Below, one piece after another: positions 1-9,160 of a DNA stretch of 64,000 nt; within the stretch, counting starts at the first letter, position 1; each line of letters begins with the position of its first letter. The translations under genes and the position numbers were made by a program. Source of the DNA: an uncultured bacterium (GTDB lineage Bacteria; Oederibacteriota; JAAXVQ01; JAUVAV01). The notes under the pieces were generated by a model. That model was not told the origin of the DNA. It saw only the letters and a list, made by a program, of their open reading frames with translations, and ran no database searches. Where the stretch lies: the NCBI GenBank assembly GCA_963710755.1, contig CAVQBK010000003.1, forward strand, positions 352,001-416,000. The letters are read 5' to 3'.

Positions 1-410
1 TCGAGTTCAATACCAGCGGCTTGCACCAAGCGGTAGAGTTCCTTACCCAAGGTCAAAGCCAAGCTGCTGCGGCGATAGCGTGGATCAATTAAGACGGGTG
101 TGGAAAAACTTAGATGACGTTGGTCCATGAACTCCAGCAACAGGGCCAAGGCACATTTTTCTTCCAGGTCATCATTGAGATTGGCGGCTGCCAACGGGGT
201 GGTGCGCATGGTCGCCAAGGGTTGACCGCTCTCCTGGTCCAGGGCTTCGATGACCCAGGACTGTTCATCCAGCAGGTCATTATGGCGGAGATGGACATGA
301 TCCATATTCGGCAAGTGCTGCAAACCCTGCTGCGCATATAGGCGGTAACGGAAACGTTGTATCCGTTCCAGGGCGGCGGCATCTTGTACATGATGTACTA
401 AAATGTTCAT
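1..410 (-). CDS. GNAT-fold N-acyltransferase (FeeM/N-acyl amino acid synthase-like), 3' end runs off the window
   Basis: Not in ORF track. Hand translation from ATG at 410 is open to position 1: MNILVHHVQDAAALERIQRFRYRLYAQQG...NDLLDEQS...LATMRTT...IDPRYRRSSLA. 'RFRYRLY', 'ATMR' and 'IDPRYR' fit this acyltransferase group. AGGA precedes the ATG. Confidence 0.6.
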   Translation of the reverse strand, partial: MNILVHHVQDAAALERIQRFRYRLYAQQGLQHLPNMDHVHLRHNDLLDEQSWVIEALDQESGQPLATMRTTPLAAANLNDDLEEKCALALLLEFMDQRHLSFSTPVLIDPRYRRSSLALTLGKELYRLVQAAGIEL

Positions 411-628
411 AAACGGTCCTTTGCAGAATCTGTCGATCTACTCATAAAAACGACCACTTGCATGGTTTAGTTAAGGAAAAATATCTGGTATTTTTAAAAA
501 AATAAGGCTGTCAGAGGATTTTGGCACCGCCACTGGTGACGGATCATCCCTGTAATATAATTTAAATTTATCTTTTGCAGACAGGCGGACGATACTAGGT
601 CCACAACTCTTTTTATGGGCAGGGGACC

Positions 629-2131
629 ATGTCCGATATACTTGTGGTTGATTATGACAAAGGCAATAGCCGGATATTAACCGAAATTTTAACCGAGGCC
701 GGCCATAAGGTCTATTCCACCCATGACAGCGTGGAAGCCGTCAGTTATTTGAATTCCCAGCGATATGATCTGGTGCTGACGGAGATGAACATGCCCGATA
801 TGGATGGTATAGATCTGTTGCGCATGATCAAGGAAAAGTGGAAAAATAAAGAGATTCCCGTCATTTTTGTGGCTGAAAAGGCGGATGTTAAAACCACGTT
901 CATGGCTATTAATGAAGGCGCGCGCGACCTTATCGTCAAGCCCTTCGATCCTCATACTATTCTCGATGCCGTAAGTTACGTACTGGATAATCATGTCTCT
1001 ATGACCGCCGAAGAGTCAGGCGCCCATTTGCGGGAAAAACTGAGAGCCACCGATCAAGGTCTGCATAAAAATATGGTCGATATCAAAATGCTCGACGATA
1101 TTTCTAAGGAGATCAGCCAGGCAGGTACGGTTACTGATGTTTGCTGGACGGTACTGAATATGGTGCAGCAATTAATGGAGGCCAACCGCATAGCCTTGGC
1201 TGTCTACAATCGGCAGGAGAATTCCGTGGCCTTTGTCTGCACCTATGCTGATGATACAGGGGTCATCAATGAATTAACGCCCATAGATAAAAAAATACAA
1301 AGCTGGGTGATCCAGCATAAAAGCGAATTGTTAATCGGTGATCTTAATAAGGATTACAAGTATGCAGGCTTGGATAAAAGTGATCAACAGCCGGGTTCTT
1401 TGCTGGCAGTGCCCATGATGATAAAAAACAGTTTGGTCGGCTATCTGACCCTATTTAAAAATACGCCCAACTATTTCTCCAAGGAAATGGTCCGCTTTTT
1501 AATGACCTTGGGACGAATCGCGGCCACAGCTATTGATAATGTAGAACTCAGTAAAGAAGTGCAGAAATACCTCAACGGCACGATTCGGGCCTTAATTGCG
1601 GCGGTAGAGGCCAAGGATGAATGGGCCCTGGGTCATGCCGCCCGGGTGGGACGTTATGCCTTAATGATGGCCAAGGAAATGGGTCTGCCCAAGGATGATA
1701 TACGGCAACTGGAATATCTGGCCTTACTTCATGACATCGGCATGATTGGGGTACCGGAGAGTCTTTTAAAAAGAAAAGGACAACTTACACCGGAAGAATG
1801 GGCGGCTTTGCGCAAGCACACGGAGATTGGTGCTAATATCGTGCATGCCATCGAATTTATCAAAGACGGCGCGCGGGTCATCAAGCACCATCATGAATGG
1901 TACAATGGGGAAGGTTACCCGGATGGCCTCAAAGGCGAAGCCATTCCTCTGTTCTCGCGTATGATTGGGGTGGCGGAAGCTTTTGACAGCATGACCAGCA
2001 CCACATGTTATCGGGAACCGATCGAATTAGCCCAAGCCGTAGTGGAATTAAAGGCACATGCAGCCAAACAATTTGATCCCGAGTTGGTGGCCATTTTCCT
2101 GATGGCCCTAAAGAAAGAAAAAACACTTTGA
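629..2131 (+). CDS. REC-GAF-HD-GYP signalling protein (c-di-GMP phosphodiesterase family)
   Basis: N-terminal receiver fold (ILVVD...MPDMDG...KPF), central GAF (LLAVPMMIKNSLVGYL), C-terminal HD-GYP (LHDIG, HHEWYNGEGYPDGL). Confidence 0.9.
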   Translation: MSDILVVDYDKGNSRILTEILTEAGHKVYSTHDSVEAVSYLNSQRYDLVLTEMNMPDMDGIDLLRMIKEKWKNKEIPVIFVAEKADVKTTFMAINEGARDLIVKPFDPHTILDAVSYVLDNHVSMTAEESGAHLREKLRATDQGLHKNMVDIKMLDDISKEISQAGTVTDVCWTVLNMVQQLMEANRIALAVYNRQENSVAFVCTYADDTGVINELTPIDKKIQSWVIQHKSELLIGDLNKDYKYAGLDKSDQQPGSLLAVPMMIKNSLVGYLTLFKNTPNYFSKEMVRFLMTLGRIAATAIDNVELSKEVQKYLNGTIRALIAAVEAKDEWALGHAARVGRYALMMAKEMGLPKDDIRQLEYLALLHDIGMIGVPESLLKRKGQLTPEEWAALRKHTEIGANIVHAIEFIKDGARVIKHHHEWYNGEGYPDGLKGEAIPLFSRMIGVAEAFDSMTSTTCYREPIELAQAVVELKAHAAKQFDPELVAIFLMALKKEKTL

Positions 2132-2430
2132 TTACAAAACAATATTTATTAAAATGAATTGCTTCATTATTATATTTAGGGGTAGCCATTCCCCTGTGAT
2201 GTTGTCTTGACAATAAAGGTTAATCAAGCTCTTCCAAACTAAAGTAGGTTAGGCCGGTGGACGATGATGTAAGAACCACCTTAAACCGCAGGGGTCTATT
2301 TACCACTTTATTATTCAAAGGCAGGAATAATGAACTCATCTCTTTGCAAGCATGCCTCAAAACGTTTTGCCATCCTTAAGCAACTCCAGCGAGATCCTAA
2401 TTTAAGTTCAAAAAAACAATGGAGGGAAAA

Positions 2431-3615
2431 ATGAAACGAGCATTGAGTATTGTGTTAGGCGCAGCTTTGCTGTGGGGTAGTGGTGTAAGTTTGTCAATGG
2501 TTCATGCTTATACAGATGACAATGCGTACCAGAACGATGAAGGGTATTATGAGGAAGATGCCGAGCAGGCACCACAAGCACCGGGTAAGAATTATGTATG
2601 GATTCAAGCCCAAGTTATTAACGGCATTACCATTCCCGGTTATTGGCGGCCCAAGGTAAAAGTGGGCTTTACCTGGCAAAATGGCGCTTTTGATAACAAC
2701 GGCCGCTGGATTCCGGGCTATTGGAAACCTCAGCGCCATGGCCGCCGAGGGTTATGTCTGGGTACCGGGATTTTGGTATGGCGGGGTGTGGTTTGATGGC
2801 CATTGGCGTCCGGCCAATCGCAGGGGTTATATCTGGGCTCCCGGGCATTGGAACAAGCAGGGGAATGGGTGTTCGGCACCTGGATGCCAAGGCGCGCGCG
2901 CCACGGGTATGTATTGGACGCCCGGCTATTGGGCTCATAATGGCCGTTGGATCGACGGTAGCTGGCGTCCGGAAGCACAGAGCAGGCTATATCTGGGTGG
3001 GTGGTCGCTATGATCACAACCATCGCTGGATCAAAGGCTATTGGGAAAGACATAGACGCGGCCATGTATGGGTCCCTGGTTACTGGAATCGAGGTGGCCA
3101 ATGGATAGCCGGCACATGGCGTGTTGAAAGAGAACAGGGTAAAAACTGGGCAGATGGTCGCTGGAGTAAAAACGGCTATTGGGTGCCCGGCCGCTGGCAA
3201 GGGCCGCAAGCGCGGAGAGAAAGAAGAGGCCAAGCTGTTAAAGTCCGGCCGCAACGGGGTGTTCAACAGAATACTGCGCCCACCCGGGCTATGAAGATGC
3301 TGCAACAAAAAGAGGCACCGGCCAGAAAAGCGCCTTCCGACGGTACTTATTATTACCCAAAGGAAAAAACACGTACTCAAACAAATTACCGTGGCGGCCG
3401 GAGAGAAAGATCAGTGATCGTGAAAAAGCATTCAAAAAACGGCCAGACAGTGATTGAAAAAAACGTGGAAGTCAAAACCAGACGTGGAAGTAGAGGCAGA
3501 ACGGTGAAGGATCGAGAAAGATAAAAACCAAGGTCATGATAATAAAGATAAAGGAAGTCCTGATGATAATGGGAATGAAAAAGATAATGGAAATCATTAT
3601 GGTAAAAAAAGGTAA
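2431..3615 (+). CDS. Exported W-x-x-G-x-W (YXWGXW/BcpO-like) repeat protein, frameshifted
   Basis: RBS GGAGGG, signal peptide MKRALSIVLGAALLWG. Repeats (GYVWVPGFW, GYIWAPGHW, GHVWVPGYW) are split over ORFs 2419-2796, 2681-3013 and 2721-3524. A charged tail (DKNQGHDNKDKG...YGKKR*) continues in another frame to TAA 3613-3615. Confidence 0.75.
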
Positions 3616-3748
3616 TAAATTGAGACAATAAAATATAGGCCAGGGCATATGTCCTGGCCTGTTAATAGATGCATAGAAGACAAAGTTAAGAATAAAGAGG
3701 GTAAGAGACGATAATAATAAAAATAAAAAATGAAAAGGGGATGAACGC

Positions 3749-4178
3749 ATGAAATTGAAAAACGCGATGGATTTTGGGATTGGCAATTTTGGGTATGATT
3801 TCCTTGAGCGCTTGCACTGGTCCGGAAGGACCGATCGGACCTACTGGGCCAACAGGTCCTGCAGGACCTGGGGATCAAATTACCTATATTTTTGATATCA
3901 CACCATCTGCTACGACAGGCCTTTATCAAACGGCAAGCATTCCCAATTTGGTGACGGATTCCATCAATGAGGATTTCACCACAGTGGTTTGCTATGTGCG
4001 CTTTAGCGATGGCCTTGGAACCTATGATGTGGATTCTCAAGCCTTGCCATACAGCGATCCTGTTACACAAGAAGATATTTTCTTCACTATTCAAGATGGG
4101 AAAGTCAATTTGGGATGGGCTTCTTTACCCAATCTTAATCCTTTTGAATTGATTGTAACTATGGTGAACCCTTACTAA
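3749..4178 (+). CDS. Collagen-like (Gly-X-Y) lipoprotein
   Basis: Lipobox LSAC followed by (GPx)6 repeat GPEGPIGPTGPTGPAGPG. Removing one A from the A5 run near 3760 joins ATG 3749 (MKLKTRWILGLAIL) to ORF 3774-4178. Confidence 0.75.
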
Positions 4179-4208
4179 GTTAATATTTTTAAGAAGTTGA
4201 GAAATTTT

Positions 4209-4257
4209 AAACAAAAAGAGCAACGCCGATAAACTTGCGGCGTTGCTCTTTTTGTTT
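4209..4257 (+). terminator. Intrinsic terminator
   Basis: aaacaaaaagagcaacgccg / cggcgttgctctttttgttt inverted repeat with T-tract after the collagen-like gene. Confidence 0.85.
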
Positions 4258-4631
4258 GCTATTTTTAGGTTACGGTCATTACCAGTTCGGCAACGGTCTG
4301 TCTGATGTTTTTTAAGGTTTCAACCAATCCATCCAAATGCAGGAAGAGCCCCTAGCAACGGTTTCATTCATCTTTTCTGAATATCGTCCAACAGCCGTCA
4401 GAAGATATCTTGCGAAGGGATAAATGGTACTCAAGTCCAATATATCGATCCATACTGATTTGTAACTATTATCATAGAACTGCAAGGACAGGCACTCCTG
4501 TGAAAGAACCAATCTCCATCATTTATTTTTACTTGAATTGGAACCAAAAGAAATTGAAAATCATATAATAATTAACAAGGAAGCGATGGAATAATAGGTA
4601 CAAAGAAAATTAATTTTGCAGGAGGGCGGCA

Positions 4632-6040
4632 ATGAAACAATGGGGACTAATATTTTTAGGCAGTTTATTTTTACTGACTGGGTGCATGGTTGTGGTTCGT
4701 GACATCCCCGGCGACAGATGAAGTCGTGATGCCGGGAGGGCCGGTATATGCACTGGAGATGATCGGGTTTACGGCTATTTGGCCAATAAAGCCCAGCATG
4801 ATGCCATCGCAGGCAATGACGACAATGGCGGCATGGAGATCCCAGGCCCAGACCAGACAGGAGGATGAAGATCAGCCGGAAGCCTCGCCTTCGTCTGATG
4901 ATGTATGGGTGGACCCTGTCATCATTGATACGGATGTGGTCATACCCGGGTTTCTGGCGGCCCCAAGTAAGGGCGGGCTTTGTATGGCGCAATGGGACTT
5001 GGGATGAGAGCGGCGATTGGATTCCCGGCTATTGGGAACCGGTTAAAATGTCCTATCGTGACCAAGTGTGGGTTCCCGGTTTTTGGATCAATGGCATGTG
5101 GGTGCAAGGGCACTGGCGGCTAAAAAACCGGGCTGGCTATATTTGGGTTCCCGGCTACTGGAACCGGCAAGGCCTGTGGATCGCAGGGTATTGGCAGCCC
5201 ATTCATGCCCGGGCTGGCTATGTCTGGGTTCCCGGTTATTGGAATACTCAAGGCATTTGGATGGAAGGTCATTGGCGGCCTCAATCGCGATCAGGTTATA
5301 TTTGGGTGGATGGTCATTTTGACGGCCGTGGTTTTTGGGTGTCAGGCGGGTGGGTGGCCGCCCGAGCTGGTTACGAGTGGGTGCCCGGTTATTGGAGCCG
5401 TCAAGGCCGGTGGGTAGATGGTCAATGGCGGGAAAGGGAACGCAAAGGGTATTCCTGGCAAGCTGGCCGGTGGAGCAAGAATGGTCACTGGCTGCCCGGG
5501 CAGTGGACCAAGGGGAAGCGCGCCTATAAAGTAGTCCCCTCGCGCGGTGCAGATGAATCCACCAGGCTTGCGCCCGAACGCGGCTCGCGCCAGGAACAAC
5601 CCACGGCTCAGAAAACCAGAGCGCAAAAAATATTGGAGCAAAAGCAACAAGAAAAAAGGCCCTCCAGGGCACAGCAACTAATTGAAAACAAACTTAACAA
5701 CAGCAGACAAGATTCTCACTCCAAAGTAAAACAAAAGACCAGGGCCCAAAAGCTGTTGGAGCAAAAACAGCAGGAGGAAACACCGTCCCGGGCTAGGCAA
5801 GTGCTCGAGCACAAACAAGAACAAACAACGGTTCGTCAATCGAAATCACGGGAACAACAGTCCCCAAAACGAAAACTCGAAAAAGAGGAAGCTAACGACC
5901 AGGAAGATGCAGTGCCGTCATCAAGACGAGACAAGAGAAAAATAAAACCAACAGCAACCAGGTCGTCCGATGATGGAGCCGAAGATGAGAGTCAGAATGA
6001 TTCTAAATCAAGGGCAGAGCGCCTTTTGGAAAAAAAATAA
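4632..6040 (+). CDS. W-x-x-G-x-W repeat lipoprotein, paralog of 2431-3615, frameshifted near the 5' end
   Basis: RBS GGAGGG, ATG 4632 MKQWGLIFLGSLFLLTGC (lipobox). An acidic linker in ORF 4690-5007 (EDEDQPEASPSSDDVWVDPVII...IPGF) joins the repeats in ORF 4865-6040 (WRPQVRAGFVW..., WVPGYW many times). Charged tail with repeated 'RAQKLLEQK'. Confidence 0.78.
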
Positions 6041-6075
6041 GGTTTGGTCAAATTAAGCCGATAAGATAATAGGAT

Positions 6076-6113
6076 AAAAAAAGCCAGCCCGATCCCACAG
6101 GCTGGCTTTTTTT
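6076..6113. terminator. Bidirectional intrinsic terminator
   Basis: aaaaaaagccagcc / ggctggcttttttt between convergent genes. Confidence 0.85.
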
Positions 6114-6123
6114 ATGGTAAAAC

Positions 6124-6804
6124 CTACCGAAAGGCGTAAGCCACACCAAAATATAAATGATGAAAAGGATCATAGGCGGCGTCATTCAGTTCCAGATTGT
6201 CTACAACCGTATAGGTATTAACACGGTATAGATACTCTCCGTAAATATAAAGATTATGAGTCAAATAATAATCCATGCCCACCCCGAAATTGGCCGATAA
6301 GCCGGAGTAACTGGCCGTCCCAAAAGTGTCATTGGCATAATATTTAATTCTTTCTTCGGTTAGCAAGGAATAGCCCAGTCCAAGAATAAAATAAGCACCG
6401 GCCCGGAACCCTTCGTAAAAATAATATTTGCCGTTTAAGTCATAAAAGGAAGAAAAGATTCGGCCTTCCAGCTGATCGACGGACGAACGGGTTTTTTCAA
6501 AGATACTTTGACTAAACTGCAGTTCCAAACTCCAAAACAAGGATTTGAAGCCCAGTCTGCCCGAAAAACCGGCATTGCTGGTCTGGGCTCGGGGTGCGTC
6601 GATGAAAACATAATCCACATCAGCGGAAGCGGACGGGATATAGCCAAAAATTCCGGTAAAATCACTGCCAGCAGACATTTGATATTGTCCGCCAAAACCT
6701 ACATAAAATTCCTGGTCCAGAGCCATCACCAGGGGTGATACGGCCAGGGCGGCGCCCAAAAACAAGGCTGTCCAGCAATGCGGGTGATTTAAGATACGGG
6801 CCAT
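6124..6804 (-). CDS. Outer-membrane beta-barrel protein (OmpA/PorT-like 8-strand type)
   Basis: Signal peptide, alternating aromatic strands (YDLNGKYYF, NFGVGMDYYL, IYGEYLYR), C-terminal YFGVAYAFR. Confidence 0.75.
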   Translation of the reverse strand: MARILNHPHCWTALFLGAALAVSPLVMALDQEFYVGFGGQYQMSAGSDFTGIFGYIPSASADVDYVFIDAPRAQTSNAGFSGRLGFKSLFWSLELQFSQSIFEKTRSSVDQLEGRIFSSFYDLNGKYYFYEGFRAGAYFILGLGYSLLTEERIKYYANDTFGTASYSGLSANFGVGMDYYLTHNLYIYGEYLYRVNTYTVVDNLELNDAAYDPFHHLYFGVAYAFR

Positions 6805-6984
6805 TCCAAATCCTCCTTAGTTTTAATTTTTAAAAGTCTATCATTTTTAACGGGTGAAGCAAATGTAAATCTCAGCAGCTGGCCCAAGGAGCGAAGGAAG
6901 GAAAAAAATTTCATGTCATCAGAAAAATTTAAAAATCGTGCTATACTTACGTTATGGAAATAAGCAGTCAAAGGGGTGGTCTAA

Positions 6985-7347
6985 ATGGACGAAAAAGTGC
7001 AACATCAACGTTGGGAAGTCAGGTCAAGTGATCTCATTAATCTTGATCCTCAGAAAGCCCGTGATTTGGTGGTAAAGTGTATGATGGAAAGCCAAAAAGA
7101 AACATTTCACCGGGTTAAAGTCAAAATGGGGAAAGTTGCCAGCGAAGAAGAAATAGAAAAATCCATCGTGGGGGCCATCCGGATGGTATTTAGGGAAGTG
7201 GGAGAGGACTACAATAGTCCCACTAAATTAGGATTGATCAAAGTCGTGACCCGTCTGGCGGAAAAAGCCTATGGGTGGGGCACACCCAAGGAAATAATTG
7301 AACACCATAAAGTTCAAATGGAAAAAGTAGTATTTGCCATAACCTGA
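6985..7347 (+). CDS. Hypothetical helical protein
   Basis: 120-aa ORF with RBS GGGGTGG, followed by a terminator-like hairpin. Confidence 0.7.
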   Translation: MDEKVQHQRWEVRSSDLINLDPQKARDLVVKCMMESQKETFHRVKVKMGKVASEEEIEKSIVGAIRMVFREVGEDYNSPTKLGLIKVVTRLAEKAYGWGTPKEIIEHHKVQMEKVVFAIT

Positions 7348-7390
7348 GCCAGGGGATGGGGCTTTAACTATAAACGGCCGGTACCAGGTG

Positions 7391-7427
7391 TAAAAAAGTC
7401 CTGTTCATTGTAACCGGACTTTTTTTA
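7391..7427 (+). terminator. Probable intrinsic terminator
   Basis: taaaaaagtcc / ggactttttt hairpin. Confidence 0.6.
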
Positions 7428-7552
7428 ATTTAACCTGAATAACTTGACAGCCCGGGCCCGGCATGATAGCTTTCCTCAGTTGCGCAGGCCCTGCCCCTTT
7501 TTAGCAAGCCTTGGGCCACGTTTAACCATCTCTTGATAAGGAATCCCTCAGC

Positions 7553-7774
7553 ATGGAGAAATTTTTAGCCAGCTTTTCCTACAGCACCCTCATTCTGTTT
7601 GCGGTCTTAATGTTACTGGCACCGTTCGCGCCCATGCCCCATGTGGTGGAAAAAATTATCATGCTTAAACGGGGAGAACTGAAACGGGCCATCGATATTT
7701 TTGATTTATTTTTTCACTTCATTCCCACCTTTTTGCTGTTACTCAAACTTTTTTATGATATGAAGAAAAACTGA
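7553..7774 (+). CDS. Small two-TM membrane protein
   Basis: 73 aa, hydrophobic ends, motif APFxPxPHxxEK...IDIFDLxxH. RBS AAGGA. Confidence 0.7.
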   Translation: MEKFLASFSYSTLILFAVLMLLAPFAPMPHVVEKIIMLKRGELKRAIDIFDLFFHFIPTFLLLLKLFYDMKKN

Positions 7775-7894
7775 AGTGCCCAAAGACTTGGGCAGCGGCT
7801 AAATTATTTATGTTGTCAAATATTCTCTTTACAAAGGTTGACTGCTTACTATAATATACCAGTAAATTTATCCTTAATAAATGGGAGGCAAGGC

Positions 7895-8113
7895 ATGAAA
7901 AAGTTAATAGCGTTAATGTTTTGTGTGATGTTGGGCAGCGCCGCGTTGCTCACGGGGTGCAATGCACCTAAGCAAAACAGCACCGAAAATGCAGCACCTC
8001 AAATGGAAGAAGCCACACCCACGACCAACGATGAAGGCGCGGGCGCCATGGAAGAAGCTACACCTGGTGCTGATGGTTCCCAAATGAACGATGAGGGTAC
8101 TGAAGCTCAATAA
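7895..8113 (+). CDS. Small acidic lipoprotein
   Basis: RBS GGGAGG, MKKLIALMFCVMLGSAALLTGC lipobox, low-complexity MEEATP/NDEG repeats. Confidence 0.8.
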   Translation: MKKLIALMFCVMLGSAALLTGCNAPKQNSTENAAPQMEEATPTTNDEGAGAMEEATPGADGSQMNDEGTEAQ

Positions 8114-8129
8114 AAATGAGTTAACCACC

Positions 8130-8166
8130 AAGCGGGCCGGTAGGAATTACCGGCCCGCTTTTTTTA
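8130..8166 (+). terminator. Intrinsic terminator
   Basis: aagcgggccggta / taccggcccgctt plus T-tract. Confidence 0.85.
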
Positions 8167-8232
8167 TGTTCTTTAAGAAAGGCTGGACGTGCTGGAAGGT
8201 TTAGATAAAAGGGTAATCGTAAGGGAAAAGAA

Positions 8233-8919
8233 TTAGTGACTTAAGGCGTAGCCCAACCCAAGATAGATGACATGCAAAGGCTGACTCAAAGCTTCATGCA
8301 ATTGACTATGATCAAACATAGTGTAACTAAGACCGCGGTACATATAATCACCGAAAATAAATACCGTGGTATTAAGGTAATAGCTTAGCCCAATACCCAA
8401 ATTATATCCCCACCCTTCATATTGGCCAGGCCCATAAGCCAAATCCTCGGACTGTTTCATTTCCGTGCCGGAGAGGGTGGCATAGCCGAATCCAAAAATT
8501 AAATAACTCTGAAAACTAGAGGGTTGGAAAACGTAATATTTGGCATTAAGATCGTAAAAGGCCATGGTCAAATCACTGGCACTTAAAGGCAAGCTGGTGG
8601 CTATTTTACCAACAGCGCTCTGATTATACTGGAATTCCCACGCCCAGCGGTTGGCTTTATAGCCCAGCCGGCCGGTAATGCCATAATTGTCCGGGGTTAA
8701 TTCCGGCACATCCACAATGAGCTTGTTGGTCACCATAGGTTCACCGGTGGGCAGAGATTGGCCATTAAATTCACCGGGCATTTTAGTCTGATAACTGCCG
8801 GCCACAGCCAACTGCAACCCATTGCCCTGTACACCGGCAGCCTGAGCTGACAGGGCGGGCAATAACCAACTCCATAGCAACAATATAATAAGGTAATGAA
8901 CTGGTTTGATCATGAGCAA
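8233..8919 (-). CDS. Outer-membrane beta-barrel protein, paralog of 6124-6804
   Basis: Signal peptide. Shared motifs GRLGY/F, FYDLNAKYY, YLIFGFGY, GDYMYR, YLGLGYA. Confidence 0.75.
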   Translation of the reverse strand: MLMIKPVHYLIILLLWSWLLPALSAQAAGVQGNGLQLAVAGSYQTKMPGEFNGQSLPTGEPMVTNKLIVDVPELTPDNYGITGRLGYKANRWAWEFQYNQSAVGKIATSLPLSASDLTMAFYDLNAKYYVFQPSSFQSYLIFGFGYATLSGTEMKQSEDLAYGPGQYEGWGYNLGIGLSYYLNTTVFIFGDYMYRGLSYTMFDHSQLHEALSQPLHVIYLGLGYALSH

Positions 8920-9160
8920 CTATCTCCCTTGCGCGGCAGCTCAATTATTTGCACCTGCCACTAAAACGCTAACAATTTAAACTGATCATGGGTTTATTGC
9001 AATGATAAAATTATCTTATAGCCGATAAGACCAGATCCTCGAGAACGGGGTCTTGGCAGGAGAATCCGAAGATTGACGGTCGAAAATCATCATCAATGTG
9101 ACAATTGGGGGTCCATAGGATGTTGACAAGGCCCTGAAATTCATAAAAAAAGGAACCCAT

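Noticed and set aside
4312-4525. Possible methyltransferase remnant on the minus strand (MEIGSFTG...)
   Set aside because: Only one short motif followed by stops, which is insufficient to call.
2431-6040. Diversity-generating retroelement acting on the Trp-repeat paralogs
   Set aside because: No reverse transcriptase gene and no template/variable repeat pair differing only at adenines.
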